NCBI GenBank assembly: GCA_013265495.1
Contig: MU058233.1
Location: forward strand, 469,038 to 533,037
Length of the DNA: 64,000 nt
Direction: 5' to 3'
From: Vicugna vicugna
Taxonomy: Eukaryota
The notes below the pieces were generated by a model that worked only from the letters and a program-made list of their open reading frames with translations, had not been told where the DNA came from and did not search any database. Every line of letters starts with the position of its first letter. Within the stretch, counting starts at the first letter, position 1. Of the stretch, positions 1-14,074 are shown piece by piece. Position numbers and translations under genes: made by a program.

Positions 1-100
1 CACGGGGAGGCCAGCGCCAGGCCCCTCCTGCGAGCTGAGCGTGACCGCCACGGCCCAGCACTGACGGGTGTCGGCGCTCATCTAAGGACTTGTGACGGCT

Positions 101-290
101 GACTTGTCCCCCGAGCCCTAACCCCCAGCATCTGTGAAAGCGGCCTCATTTGGAAAGTCTTTCTGAGGTGATCAAGTGAAAATGAAGACTTAATGCCACG
201 CGAATCCCCAGGACCACGAATATATTAGGTTACATATCAGGGGACGAAGGCTGCTGATCAGCTGACCTTAAAAGAAAAGCCCGTAGCCCT
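101..290 (+). mobile_element. MaLR MLT1-type LTR fragments
   Basis: gagccctaacccccagcatctgtg...tttgga...gaggtgatcaag and ...ttaggttacat...gctgatcagctgacctta resemble MLT1 5' consensus motifs; boundaries approximate. Confidence 0.55.
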
Positions 291-1294
291 GACACGGGAG
301 AGGGGGCTGAAGAGGAGGCTGGAGGGACGGTGTCACCCGCCTCTGTCCAAAAATCAAAACTGTCCCTGGGCTGGTCCGAGGGCAGTGGTGTTACAACTAA
401 CTGATCATAGCCAGTTACAGATTTCTAGGGGGGAAGGTATTAAAAAAAGGTCTGCAGACACCCCCTGGTAGGGGACAAAATCATCCTAGTGAGCCCCCGC
501 CCTGGTCTGACGCGTAGGCTGGGGTCTCCCACCGTCACATACCCTGCGCCGCGTGGCCCTGCTGCTGGAGGCAGAGGCCAGAAACACAGAGGAGGCGGGC
601 GCAAGGCGGCCTGCACCCACCTCCCCACCTCTGCACCCCACGCACCCCAGGGCCCCCGGCTGGCAGGAGGCCCTTCCCCAGTCCACCAGCAGCCCCTCTC
701 TCTCTGGCCGACGGCCCTAGAGGACAGCCTCCGGGGAGGACCTGGGGAAAAAAGACTGTCCCAGGAGGGAGGCCGACCCCACCTCACCAGGCAGTCTGGA
801 TGCTCTTAGGAAAGGCACACGGATGCTAGGCAGCAAGAAAACAGCGTCCCCGTGAAACTCCCAGCTGTTCTCAGAGCAAAACCTGCTTTGACATGGCGCC
901 GGCGCCTCTGCGCGCCTCCCAGAAGCACGGGTTCCAGATCCCCAGGCCCTGGTTGCAGGCAGGGGCTCACACCAGCCTCTAAGAATAGTTGTTTCACGTG
1001 CTACTTCCAACCTGCATCTTTCTCTGGTGACCTTCAGGTCGGGACAGAATCTTGTGGGCAGTGGCCTCGTTGCCTAGCACAATTGTAGCCACAAGGTCGA
1101 GGAGTGACCCCACAGATCCCCCTTCTTGATCAGCCCTCCCTCCACCTGGCTGGTCACCCGCCTGCCTCAGCTTCCAGCCTTGCCGACTGTAGTTCACCAC
1201 AGGCTAGCCTGAGAGTCTGGCCAAACCTCCTGCTCAAATCCACACACGTTTCACGGCCACACTGCACCTCGTCGCCCTGGCGTGGCTGTGCTGG

Positions 1295-1640
1295 GCAGAA
1301 CCTCAGCCCCCCAGAGACACCAGGGGCGAGTCCCTGCGACCCCTGAGTATGTTACCTCATCGGGCAAAAGGGACTTTGACGATTTTATTAATTAAGGTCC
1401 TTGAATGGAGAGATTGCCCTGAGTGATCAGGGTGGGCCCAGAGTCATCATGGGGTCCTTGTGAGAGGGAGGTGGGGGGTCAGTCAAGGAGGAGAAGTGAC
1501 AGCGGAAGCAGAGGTTGGAAGGATGCGCTTGGAAGGCGGAGAAGGGATGGAGCCAAGGATGAGGGCAGCTTCCAGAAACTGGAAAAGGGAAGGAGTGAAT
1601 CCTCACTGGAGCCTCCGGGAGGAACCAGCTTGCTGACACG
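1295..1640 (+). mobile_element. MLT1 (C/D-like) MaLR LTR fragment
   Basis: gagtatgttacctcat..caaaagggactttg..ttaaggtccttgaatggagagattgccctg..gggtgggccc...ggaaaaggaaggagtgaatcctcactggagcctcc matches the MLT1 layout; boundaries approximate. Confidence 0.7.
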
Positions 1641-4439
1641 ACCCCAGATCGGGGGGGGGGGGGCAGAAGAAGAAAGGAGTGTGGCTCTGAGTCACAGGGG
1701 TGTGCAGCAGGGAGCCTGCCACTCGGTGACTGCTCCTTTCTTCCGGGGCCTGGAGCATCCGCACCGGGGTCTGCCTGAGAATTGTGCCCAAGGCCACGTT
1801 CACCTCAGGGCTCGGTGCCCATCCTCTCCGCCCTTTTGGAAACTGAAGTCTCGCTTTGTTTCCCTCCGGGTCCCCGGCCTTGTCTCCTGGCTGTGAGAGC
1901 CCTCCCTGAGCAGCTGGGTGGGGCACGCCAGACACTCAGGCCAGAGGGGCCCCTGCGGGGTGCTTGGTGGAGACGTCCGGTGGCTCCAGCTGTCAAACCA
2001 CGTCAGTCCGATGTTTGCTCAGATGGCTGGAGAGCCAGGCTTGCGTCCCATGGTCTGCTGGTAACAGGCTGGATGGGGAGGCAGGAATCGGAGGCCGAGA
2101 GAGAGCACCAGCCAGCCCCACATGGGGCCAGGGCCCGATACAGCAGACCCTGGGGTCCCACAAAGAGAACTCCCTCTCCTGAGGAGGGAAGGACTGTCAG
2201 GTCCACTGCCTTTCTTTCCCCCATGCCTGCAGCTCTCCCAGCCGGCTGGCCTGCATCTGCGGCCAGGCCACCTGACGGCCATCCCCAACCCCGGCCCCCA
2301 GCCCAGGACTGGCCCTGGCGGACACGTTGAGGGGCTGGTGTTTGCATCTTTCTCTCCTGCCTGAAGGTCACACTCCAAATTTAAATTTGAAGGATGCATT
2401 TAATTACCATCATTACTAAAGTATCGTGTGATCAGTAATGAAGTCTAAGACGGAACAGATGGAACCTGGGGTCATCCCCGGACCCAGGAGCCCCATCTCT
2501 CACCCGCCCCTGAGAGGGCCTAGCAGACCCGCCCCGGCTTTACAGTGAACGTAGCGTTCATCGAGCCTCACCTCGTGTCACTCTCGACATTGACCAGTTC
2601 ACTGTCTCACTAATTCACGGACTAATTCCCTCATTTCCGGGCTGAGGGACCCCTGTCCTCCTGGGGCCCAGCTCTCGCACTTAACATCTGCTGGCCCCTC
2701 AGCAAAGACGTGCCCATCGGGAGCCTGCGAACGTGACCTTACTTAGAGAAAGCGCCTTTGTGACGGAACTACGTTATGTATTACCCCAGATCAGGGTGGG
2801 CCCTAAAGCCAGTGGCAAATGTCCTTCCGGGCGATGAGCGGCGGAGGGGACACCCAGAGAGCTCCGTGCAGGTGAGGCGCCCCCGAGGCAGAGACGGGAG
2901 TGATGCAGCCCCAGGCCCAGGACACGGAGGATGCCCGCGGCACCAGGAACCGGAGAAGCCTGGACCAGATTCGCCCTCTGACCCCAGGAGGAACCAGCCC
3001 GACAACACAGATCTCAGAACTCTGGCCTCCAGGCTGTTTTCAGCCCCCAGTGTGGTCATTTGTTCTGGCCGGAGGTGACTGGTCCAGCTGGATAGAGGGT
3101 GCGGAGCTGGGTGGAGCGCGGGTAGAGGAGAGGGTGCTGGCGGATCTGGGTGTGGGGAGACTGGTCTGCGCTGCAGCGTTCTTTCAGCTTCTCCAAATGT
3201 TTGAAGGTTTTCGAAACAAAATGCTGGGGAAAAATGAAATGTCAGAAAAATACAGATCAGTCTCTCCCAGCCCGACTTGAGGAAATCAGAACAAATGTTC
3301 AAAGACTAGAGGTTTGAAGGGCAGCTTAGCTCTGGCCAGCAGAATCCAGGCCGCCCAGCGACCCCCGCTGCCTGTGCCAGGCCTCCCCGGTCCCCAGCAC
3401 TCTCCACCTCAGCTGTGCCCTCCTATCCTGCTCCCAGACCCCCGAAGCCGAGTCTTATGGGCCCGCAGCGCGCCCCCCTCCTCATGAGGCCTTAGCAGGA
3501 CGGCCTTACTTGCCTCCCATGTGTGAGGCTGGACATCCTTAGGGACGGGGTGGGGACCACATCCTTCCCCTGCCACGGCAGCCACTCCGAGACCCCAGGG
3601 CAGGGCCACTCCACGGCAGCGGGGCCTCTCGCCCTCTGGGCTGTGCCTGCTGCCAGCGCCCGGAACAGGGCCTGACTCACAGCAGGCCCACCGACCGTCA
3701 GCACTTGCTGGACGGGTGAATGAATGACTGAATGAATGAGTGAACAAGTGAATGAGGGCGTCAGACACCGCCCAGGCCGTCGCCGCTGTCCTGGGGACGC
3801 CACGTGGACACAGCCTTTCACAGCCTTTTACGTGAGTCCCTGTCTCGGGCAGAGAAAATCTCTCTTAGCTCTTTTCACAAGTTTGCTGCTGTTACCCAAG
3901 CAGAATAAATACGACCAGCCCCCGGCTGGACCTGGCCCCCTGCCCGCCGCCCCTGGAGCCGGGGGGCCTCTGCCAAGTGCTGCCCTGGCTCCTGTCCCCT
4001 CCCGTCTGTCGTATGGCCTGGAAGGGGGACACAGCCTCTGCTCCGTCCTCAGCACCACAACCACCCGCTGAGCCATCCAGGGCGAGTCCCTTTGCCTCTC
4101 TGGCCCCCATCGTTACGTGGAGATGGGTGATGCCGCTGACCTTGGGGGTGTCAGGAGGGCCGGGGGCACGATACGGATAAAGGGCCCAGAGAGCAACCGC
4201 AGCTGGTCGGCCCGCGTTGCTGTGGCTGCTGCTCCGACGGCCAGCGGCGGTAGACATTTCCTCCTGGACCAAAGTCCGCGCTGGGTGGAGGGAGGGAAAT
4301 CCCTGTCGGGAGACAGGCCACACCCCCAGGACAGGTGTCAGGTCTCATGCCCAGGCCTCTGTAAGTGAAGAAGGTGCTGTGAGGGGCCTGCACCTGGAGG
4401 CGGAGAGGAAGGGAGGAGGGCTGGGCAGAGGGAGAAGCC

Positions 4440-4676
4440 CCCTGGGTGCGGGTCGGAGACGGGAGGGATGTGGCCACGAACCAGGGGGCGCCCGGGGCCG
4501 CCAGAAGCAGGAAGACGCAGGAGGGTCCTCCCCTGGAGCCTCTGGACGGAGCGTGACCCTGTCCACGCCTTGGCTGCAGACTTCTGGCCTCCAAAATGGT
4601 AAGAGAAGACATTCGTGTTGCTTCCAGGCAGCCAGTTCATGGTGCTCTGTGACCACAGGCCCAGGAAACAAACACA
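4440..4676 (+). mobile_element. MLT1 LTR 3' half
   Basis: gtcctcccctggagcctctgga...cagacttctggcctcca...gtgttgcttccaggcagccagttcatggtg...ggaaacaaacaca matches the canonical MLT1 3' end. Confidence 0.7.
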
Positions 4677-7600
4677 GCACCCCAAACTCCCCAAAAGCAC
4701 CCCCGACTTGAGGAAAGCAACATTCTCCAGGCTGATCAGGCCAACAGGTCTCCTACTGGAAATCCCCGCGCCTTCGCGCAGTCCCTCTGTCCTCTCATCC
4801 GTGTCCAGTCCATCGGCACCAGAGGTGGGCGTCCCCGTGCACAGAGGGCCAAGGACGTGGTCTCAGAGTAGACGCATTTGGCACCGAAGGAAGAGAAGTA
4901 CTCACACCCGGATGCACACCTTCTGCTGCCTGGGTTTGCCTGACGTATTCATTCATCTATCCATTCATTCCAGGCGTTGGCTCACATGACTATAAATGGA
5001 GGCTGGAAAGTCCCACAGCCTGCCGTCTGCAAGCTGGTGGCCCAGGAAAGTGGGTGGGGTAGTCAGTCTGAGTTGTAAGACCTGAGAACCAGGGGAGCCA
5101 ATCCCAGCCCGAGGGCAGGAGGGGACGAGATGAGATGTCCCCATCACCACGAGGCAGGAGAAAGGGGCGCATTCTCCCCCCGTACCTTTGGTCCTAGTCA
5201 GGTCCCCGGGATTGGAGAAGCCCCAAACTGGGGAGGCGCCCGCTCCAGAGTTCACCACTCAAACGCTAATCCCGCCCGGAAACACCCTCGCTGACCCTGA
5301 ACAACGCTGCATCTGGGCACCCGGTGGCCAGTCACGCGGATGCACGACAGAGGGCCCCTGCAGGCTCTGTGCCTGCTCCCCCTGCAGCCCGGACACGGCA
5401 CCCAGAGGACGCCTCCGGAGCATCGCTCGTCTAATGTCCCCCCAGTGCCCGTCTGGTTTAGAGAGGGTGTCGCTGCAGTGACAAGCCTTTCACACGTGCC
5501 CTGGCTTCCTCTCCAGCCTCTCGCCCCGCCGCCCACAGCCCAGCGGAGCTGCCTCCCTGCACCCCTGCCTCACTCACCTCCCCACCCAACGCCTGCCACC
5601 TCCCCCAGGTAAGGCAGCTTCCCTAGGCCGGCCCCACCCACCCTTTAAACAGCATCGTTCCCAACCCCCTTCCTTCCCGTCTCCTTCTGTGGCACCTGAT
5701 AGGACGCAGCGGCCAGCTGCGCGGGGCCGCATCCCAGGCCTAGAGCACCAGCGCACCGCAGGTCCCCACGCAGCGTCGGTTAAGGGAGTGAGGGTTGGAG
5801 CACACAGCATACCGGGGCATCTTGGAGGCCCCACCCCATGTGATCACCTGGCCCGCCCCACCTCCAGCCCGGCCCGGAGCACAGCGAGGGGACCCAGATG
5901 GCACGGCTGCTGCGCGTCTCTGCCCGTGGAAGGGCTTTGTGTGGCAAAGAACGCGTCTCTGGCACTAGGATGCTCAGTCTGCTCCAACCTCAGGCCGCGA
6001 GGGACACCCAGGAAAGCAAGCCAGCTTTGTAGAGGGTGTGGCGAAGCGTTAATCTCACCCAAATTGAGGGCTGGTCTTTGGCTCCGGGAGGGACCCCCCC
6101 ACCCGAGGCCCCAGGCATCCTGTCTGATGGGAGGGCCGCCTCCTGGGCCAGGGGTGCATCAGGGTCCTGCTGGGGTTTACAGCAGGGCTCTGGGCCGAGC
6201 AGTACCCATTCCACCTCTGGAGGGGCTGGACACCAGGGGCAGCCCTGTGGGACCCCCAGCCCCGGTAAAGACCGGACACCACGGTGGGGAGCCCCTGGCT
6301 GGCCGCACCCTGTTTATGCTGCCATACGTCGCGGCGGGGACTCAGCTCTGTCCACGGCCCCACGGGGAGGACACCGGAGGCTCGTGTTCGGGAATCTCCT
6401 GGGTCTGTCCCGTGCCCTTCCCTTGGCTGATGCTACTCCGTGTCCTTTCCGTGCGGTGAACCGTGACTGTGAGACAGAGCTCTCCAGGGACTCCAGGCAT
6501 CCTCCCAGGGGCGTGTCCAATCTGAGGGGTTTCGGGGACCCCAGCCCCGCAGTCGGGTCAGAAGTGGGGGTCTTGTTTGTACTGGGCTCCCCCTAACTTC
6601 GAGTTGTCTGACTCTCACAGGATAACCAACACCACGAATGCTCCCCAGACTCACATGCTGCGTCCCGGTGGCGAGAACGGCGCCCGGCACAGAGCAGGCG
6701 CGTCACCGCTGTGGTTTGCAATCAGTGAACCGCCTGGTCGGACGTGCAGGTCTGGGAGAAGCGGGGATGCCTTCCAGATTCCAGGAGCGCAGTCTAGACC
6801 TGAGGACCCGGACGCTGGACTGCAGTGACAGAGAGAGGGGCCAGGGGCCGGCTGAGCCCCCTCCGCTAGCCCCCGGTGCCCTCACTGCCTCTCTGGGGAA
6901 GCATGTACTCTGTGGGAGCTGGGGGAGACGTTCTGGCATGTCTGTGTGGACAGCGGGTACTTCCTGTTCCTGCTCTGAAGGCTCCACCCCGGTCCTGGGT
7001 GGTGGCCTTTGGTGATCCGAGGGCCACTCAGTGCACGGGCATGACTTAGACCCAGGCCACAGAGCACACGCAGGGGACACACTCTGAGTCCACTGGACGT
7101 GGGACGGCCCACCTGCACCGCACAGCCTCTGCCTCCCACCCAGTGCCCGGCTGCCTGTGCACCTGCTGTCCCCGCCGCCACCATGTGGGGTCCGTGTCTC
7201 AGGCCTTCACTCCAGCCTCTCTTTGAAGCCCCTGGCCTCTTCGTTTAACTGTGACCTGAGCTGTGCCTGCCCAGCGTTCAACAGCAGGGCCAAGCACGCC
7301 TGCGTAGGGTCGTAGGGCCGTAGGGCAGACACCCCACCTGGGGGGCCCAGCCGACCCTTAACTGACCCCTGTGAGACCCAAGTCCAGCTCCGGCCTCTAG
7401 GCTGAGGTTACGAGCTTCCGGGGTCTCTGGTGGGCCCCTTGGTTACAGCGGCCGGGACGCCACACACCCTGTAGCCATTGTGAGAGCATCTGTCCAGCCT
7501 GCGGGCTTTTCCAAAGCCGGTCTTGTTTGAACAACAACCCAGCGGTGCGCTCACCCGCATTCACCCTCTGGCAGATCCCTGGGGGGATCAGGAACTGGGA

Positions 7601-9389
7601 TCACCAAGGTGGCAGCAGCTGTCCCTGGGGTCACCTCGCAGCCCCCAGGAAGGCCTCCGCCTGCTGCTCCCCGCCTGCGGTCGCCCAGGGATGGTGAGGT
7701 GGAGAAGGATTGGGTTTGTCAGATGAGTAGCAACGCTGATTGAATCTGCTGGCTGGCTGCTGGCACCCTGCCACCGTCTCTCCCTGGTGGGCTGGGAATC
7801 CATTTGAGGTCGTTAAAAAGACGGTAATTGAAACATCCCAGGGACTAGACCCTGCGGTGAGAGAACACCGTCTCCAAGGACAAAACCCCAGCCCCAGGGC
7901 TGCGGCTCAGACCCCCCCCGGGGGGGGCAGGGTGGGAACCAAAGCCCAGGCATAGACACAGGCACCGGACGCTCCCACAAACCAAGGACAGGGCAGGGTC
8001 GTCCATCTTCACTTTTCCTGGAGTTTCTGTGTCTGCCCTTCACCACCCTGCCCTGGGCCCCGAGAGGACAAGTCAGGGCCCTCTGCCCTCTGACCACCGC
8101 TGGGTCCAGCCAATGGGAGCATCAGCGGCAGAGCAGGGGCAGAGGCGGGGGGCGAGGTGGGCGTTGCTCCCGGGTGCCCCTGGCTACGCCCCTGACCTAC
8201 TGCGACCACAGCTCCTGCGGGCACCTGTCCGCGTGGGGTCCTGTCCTCCCTCCCTCCCCGTGTCTGTCTCCCTCCGCCTCCTCTCCGGCACCTGTCCCTC
8301 CGCCTCCACCCCTTAGCCGCAGGTGGACACAGCTCCTTCCTGTGCCAACACTACACACCTGTGTCCCTGTTCAACAGAGCAATTCTACTTCCTACAAAAA
8401 TATTTCTTAGCCGTTGCCCTAGAATTTGCAATATACATTCACAACTAACCCCAGTCCATTTCCAATAACACCGCAGGGCTTCACAGGCAGGGCCGGCACC
8501 TTGGGACAAAATATTGCTGGTTCCTGTCTCCTCTCCGGGTAACACTGCGTCATTCGCTCCCCCCGAGCTAGCACCACGCAATACCTTGTTCTAGCGTCCT
8601 TTGGAAGAAACTTTATTTGCCACAACCCAATGACACGGCACGATCATTCGTGTCCTACAGAGGAGGACATGGAAGCCCAGATTGCTGCATGCACGGCGTT
8701 TGAGGTCATTCACCCACACAGTGTCATGCTGACTTCAAAGCCCTGCTCTGAGCCACGGTGCCTGCACCCCAGAGAAACTGCAGGATGGGTGAGAACAGAG
8801 CCTCAGCTGGTTCCAGCTGCCAGGCCCTCCTGGGAGCCCCAGGCCTCCTCTCGCCTCCCACACTGTGGGCCGCGCCCTCAGGCCAGGCTCCCCTCCTCAT
8901 CAGGATGCAGGACACAGCCTCACGTTCGCTGAGAGGCTCATGAAGTGTCTGCCAAGCTGCCAGCTGGCCCAGCTGTTGCCATGGAAAAGCCCGGAGCGTG
9001 CGGACCGCCTGGCAGCCCGACACCGCTCCCCTGGGACCCCCCAGCCAGGCTGCTGGCCCAGCGCCCAGAGCACACACATGGCAGGGGACCTGCTCCCAGC
9101 AGGCTCCAGTAACAACAGCCAGGGGCCTTCCCGGGGCGGGGCAGAAGACGTCAGGGCCCCCTGCACCCGTCGGGGCTGGGGACCCCCACTGCGGAGGACG
9201 GGAGCTCTTTCTGCCTGCTCACCTCTCTCTCCCTTTCTACTGCTTTGAGGAGCACCCTCCCCCTGTAAGTATAGTCTCAGGGGTGCACCCTCACCTTGGT
9301 CAAACCCAGGTCTGGCCAGTCACCAGGTGCCCTTCCCCTTCCCTCTGTCCATGACACAGGTTGGTCCAGGCACGAGCAGGCAACCTTAG

Positions 9390-9615
9390 TTAAACCAGTG
9401 ATATTCCTGGATCCGTGCACACACTCAGGAAAGGCAGGTGGCTAAGCGCAGGGCCAGGGAGACCAGATATGTCCGTCTGGGTTGACCTCTGGATCAAGCC
9501 ATGCCTGAACCCAGTCTCCTTGGCAACTCCAGTTGCCTGAGGTAACACAGTTCCGTTTTTATTCATGCCTGATTGGGTAGAGTTTTTGTATCTTTCGGTA
9601 AGAGCCTAACACCCT
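9390..9615 (+). mobile_element. Ancient MLT1 (J/K/L-like) LTR fragment
   Basis: ctctggatcaagccatgcctgaacc motif and a degenerate MLT1 3' terminus. Confidence 0.5.
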
Positions 9616-10502
9616 TTGGCTCCTAAAAAGATCCCTGCAGGTGGGCTGTGTCCTGTTTCCACTCTGACCCGCCCTGTGTAACTTTGAATAAATCACCCCC
9701 CAGAAGCTTCGGTCTCTGTGTGTCATGGGGACTGATCCCCACAGTGGCCCCTCACTCTGAGCATCCTCTTCATTACCTCCTGCCATCAGGAGGACCCCAA
9801 AAGAACTTCCTTGTGATGTCAGCCTTTTCCCATCTTCAGAAAAATATCAGGACATGCAGGGATCCAAGAGGGCCCGAATGCTGTCTTTTTAACAGAAGTT
9901 TGAGCCTCCTGCTTCGCCAAGGCAAGAAGAGCCTTGTCTGTGTGTGTAGCCAGCCATGAAGTTCTTCCTCGTGTCCATCCTTGTGTTCCAGCTTGTGCCC
10001 TGCTGTTTTCCCTGGGACTCATTCCTTGCCTGATCCTGACCCTGCACGTGGAGTCTCCCAGGCTGGCTTCTGTCAGGGCTCAGCCAGAGGGACCCCTGGG
10101 TGGGAGGCTGTGCGTCCATCACCCTGGATAGGAACTTTCATACCCCTCAGCACTTCCTGTCAGACCTAGTGCGTTTTCCAAGTGGGGCTCAAGGGACTGG
10201 AAAGGGATCACCCCACATCCTCCGCCTTCTTGGAGGAAAATTCCATAACTTACCCCAACTGTGTGCAAGTCCTCATGTCCCCCCATCACATCACGTCTAT
10301 GAGAAGTGACACTGCAGAGAGCCTAAAGCTAATGTATTGATCTTCCAGCAAAGGCTTAACCAAGCTCTGATGTCCAACATGCTCCCCTGACTCTCCCCAT
10401 GCAGGCAAAGCACTCTTGCCTGACATCTGGGCTGAAGACCCCTGTGGCCAAAGAAACCTTCCCTGCACTCCTCACCACCATCACGACCTCCATCTCTACT
10501 TT

Positions 10503-10912
10503 NNNNNNNNNNNNNNNNNNNNNNNNNNNNNNNNNNNNNNNNNNNNNNNNNNNNNNNNNNNNNNNNNNNNNNNNNNNNNNNNNNNNNNNNNNNNNNNNNN
10601 NNNNNNNNNNNNNNNNNNNNNNNNNNNNNNNNNNNNNNNNNNNNNNNNNNNNNNNNNNNNNNNNNNNNNNNNNNNNNNNNNNNNNNNNNNNNNNNNNNNN
10701 NNNNNNNNNNNNNNNNNNNNNNNNNNNNNNNNNNNNNNNNNNNNNNNNNNNNNNNNNNNNNNNNNNNNNNNNNNNNNNNNNNNNNNNNNNNNNNNNNNNN
10801 NNNNNNNNNNNNNNNNNNNNNNNNNNNNNNNNNNNNNNNNNNNNNNNNNNNNNNNNNNNNNNNNNNNNNNNNNNNNNNNNNNNNNNNNNNNNNNNNNNNN
10901 NNNNNNNNNNNN
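10503..10912. other. Assembly gap (N run)
   Basis: Run of N, flanked on the left by CAC/CAT-like low-complexity sequence. Confidence 0.99.
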
Positions 10913-11130
10913 TGTCTGGGTTCAAATTCTGGTTCATGACTGAAAGCTATGTGACTTTGGTCAATTTGTTCAACCTCTATGTACTTCAGTGTCCTCATTT
11001 ATAAAATGAGGATGAAAAAGGATGGATCTCATCATGTTGTTATGACAATTAAATGTCCAGATAGAAAGATAGTACTCTGGTAGTTGACGAGCCCTCAGTA
11101 ACTCTAACTATCATTGTCATTGTCATCATC
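10913..11130 (+). mobile_element. MIR SINE
   Basis: ctgggttcaaattctgg...gctatgtgactttggtcaatttgttcaacctctatgtacttcagtgtcctcatttataaaatgaggatg is the MIR core. Confidence 0.8.
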
Positions 11131-11179
11131 CCCTAGTCACAGTGTTTGATCAAGGATGAGCAAATAACCCAAGTGAGTC

Positions 11180-11465
11180 CAACCAGAGTGAACCCTGGGA
11201 TTTCACTAGGGTGGTCTCACTAGGGTGAGATCACACCCTGGTAGAGTGTGATGGGAGCTTCAGTTCCAAGCCATCTTGCCACCCCAGGGCGTGAGCCTGG
11301 CCAAGGACAGCAGAGCTGAGGGAGGGAGGGTCCTGGAAGAGCATCTGAAACCCTAGGTCAAGCTGTGTTTGCCCTTTTCAACCACATGAGTAAAGCCCTT
11401 TCTTTTACGTAAGCCAGTTGAGTTGGGTTTAGATCCTTCACAACAGAAAGGAACCCAATAGATTC
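11180..11465 (+). mobile_element. Ancient MLT1 LTR fragment
   Basis: ccacatgagtaaagccct..taagccagttgagttgggttt..caacagaaagg resembles the MLT1J-L 3' end. Confidence 0.5.
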
Positions 11466-13169
11466 TTGTGAGCCTCTAAAGAGTTTTGAGGGCAGGTGAT
11501 AAATGAAGGATTAGCCATGCAAGGTCTGAAGAGTGAGGTAAGGAGGGAAGGGAGGACCTGCGGTGTTGGCTTGAGCTTCCTCACAGCATGGGGTACAGGT
11601 TCCAGAACTGGCCCATCTCCCCTTGCCCTCCAGACCAGGGTCGCCATGTACACCCATATAGGTTGTACACTGCACAACTCCAGGAGGCACCAACCTTCAG
11701 CACTTAGGCTTTCCAGCCTATATTTGGAGGGATGATTTAGAATCTCTAAAGGTCAGCTCAGGTCAGGCTAAGTCATCAGTTCTCTGGAAATATCTGAAAT
11801 TAGGCTTAAAGAGTAACCTGAACAAGAAAGATAAGAAAGTCCAGGGGTAACATATATCTGTGGAGACAGAAAAAGAACAGATGGGTGAAGTTTATGGGTG
11901 AGAGGGAATGGGGAGTGGTGGAGACTGTGGCAGGGGAGGGCATACTCGGCCTAAAGGTGTTCAAATGCCTAGACCTTCCATCTGCCAAAAAAGTGAGCCC
12001 ACAGCAGAATTCAGATCCAGTTTGGAATCTTTGAAATAGAGACTCTGCAGCTTAGGCAGGGAGGGTGTCTCACGGCTCCCATGGAGCCTGGTGCCCAGTA
12101 AACACACAGACCCGAGTTAACCTGAGACTCAAGACAAGTGTGGTCTCTGAAGGACCGGAAGGTGGGGCACCTGTGTATGAGTTCAGAGAGTTATAAACAT
12201 GACAGCTGGTGCCTTCTGAGTCCTGCCAACAGCCAGTGCTCTTACAGGTCACTGCAGAGATATCTACTGCCTGCAAACACCTGGGTGCCCCCCTCACTGC
12301 CCAGCCCTTTCTGGTGTTTTGGGGACCCATGTGGCTGCTCTGCCTTGTGTCACTTCAGGACTGCTGAGTGACGAGGTGGGGCATTCCCTCCCAGCTCCCT
12401 TTTACACTGCGGGGGCAACCAATGACGTTCTGGATGGAAGACCTTCCACTGGCCAGGATCCCTGAATGACCACACGGAGCAGAGTCCCACCCGGATCCCC
12501 GACGGGCGGCACGGGCAAGGAGTAAAACGCTACTGTGGTGAGCACTGCACTGTCACAGCACAGTCCAGCCTAGCGTGACGAAAGCCTAAGCATTTTCAAA
12601 ACAGGACAAAGCAACAGAGCGGGAAACAGTTTCAAAAGCAGCAACAGCTCCTGGGAGCATGGAATTGCGTCTGAGCCCCTCTTCCAGCCGCTCCTAAGAC
12701 CCACCCACCTCCTGTCCTCCAGGAGATATTGGCTCAACCTTCCTTCAGTTGGCAAATACTCCAATCGCTGTCCTTTCAACACACTCCTTCTGCCCAAGTC
12801 AGCCGAAGCCGAAGTTGGGTGTCTGCCATTTGCAACAACAGCAGAAGAAAACCTGGCCAATCCAAGCTCATGTCTGGGTTCTCCGTAACCATAGTTAAGT
12901 TCTAGAGTTCCGAGGAGCTCAGGAAACGCTTGCTGGATAAACAAAGAAATGAAGGGCAGTGTGGTGCCTGACAGCTGCCAGAACCAGGCTCCTCAGGGGT
13001 CATTTCTTGCCAGAGCAGGTGGTTGGTGGCACCAGCCCTGACTGAGGGGCAGCGAGGAGCTTGGGAGGTAGCATCGAGCTTCAAGGCACAGGGAACCAGA
13101 GAGCCTGGGGCCCACCCCCTCCTCTGTGGCTTGCATGGGCTTTTGACAGGGTCATTTCAGATTGCACTC

Positions 13170-13640
13170 CTTCAGTAAGTTGTGCCTTATGGCAGAAGAC
13201 TCAACCTGGATTAAGCAAAAAGGGAATATATTGAATCTTGTGTATTTGAAGTCCACACATAGATCTCGCTTCAGGTACAGCTGGATCCAGAAGTTAAAAA
13301 AATGTCTTCAGGTCTCCTTACTCAGCTTCCTCCATCCATTCCCTAGCAGGCATTCCCCATGTGATGGCAAGACCCCAGCTGACACCTGCCTTCCCCCAAG
13401 ACCTGAGGGAAAGAGGGAACCTGCCTCCCATGGTTACCACCTGGGTCATGTGCCCATCCCTGGACCAATCACTGGGGACAGAAATGGGATGTCCCAATTG
13501 GCAAAGCTTGACTGACACACTCATACCTGGAGCCAGAGATGGAGTTAACACCTCCCTAATTTCAGAGTCAGTGTAGGAGAGGAAGGATTCCCCAGAGGAA
13601 AATCAGGGTGCCATTACCAAACACATGAAGGACAACAGAT
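13170..13640 (-). mobile_element. Ancient MLT1 (J/K/L-like) LTR
   Basis: cttcaggtacagctggatccag and gggtcatgtgcccatccctggaccaatcactgg are reverse-strand hallmarks of old MLT1 LTRs. Confidence 0.6.
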
Positions 13641-14074
13641 GTGGGACAACTCTCACTGTCCACTAAATAGCCACCCATGCCCCTCTTTCCAGCTCACAGA
13701 GCCTCATTTTGTTCCATAAGAGGCAGAAACTCCTGGGCCACAGGAAAGACTGACCACCCAATGCCAGCCTTATGATATGTGGTCTACCAAATTAGTAAAT
13801 ACACACCCCTTGCCAGATTGCCCTCTCTACGTGGGCACTGCAGTGAGGACGTGATGCCTAGAGCTGCATGTTGTATCTACAAACCATCAAGTAAGAGAAA
13901 TAAAAGCCAATGCTGCGCGTCATGTTCTATTTCTTGACTGTTACACGGGCAACATGGAACACATAACATTTTGTGAGAATTTACTGAACCCTGCACTTTT
14001 CCACCTGGGGAAAGCTAAGAATTGCAATTAAGAACTGGTAACACCTACCAACTGAAAGTCTTGTATCAGTTCAA

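Noticed and set aside
4473-4493. CTCF-like CCAGGGGGCGC motifs here and at ~40632 and ~45850
   Set aside because: Each has mismatches in the 5' CCAS part of the core, and such partial matches are common in GC-rich DNA.
3271-4716. 15-bp direct repeat CCCGACTTGAGGAAA at 3271 and 4702
   Set aside because: A couple of repeated 15-mers are expected by chance in 64 kb, and there is no flanking similarity.
10297-11004. Long ORFs of 175-233 aa around 10.3-11 kb
   Set aside because: They are artefacts of translating through the N-gap (X runs).
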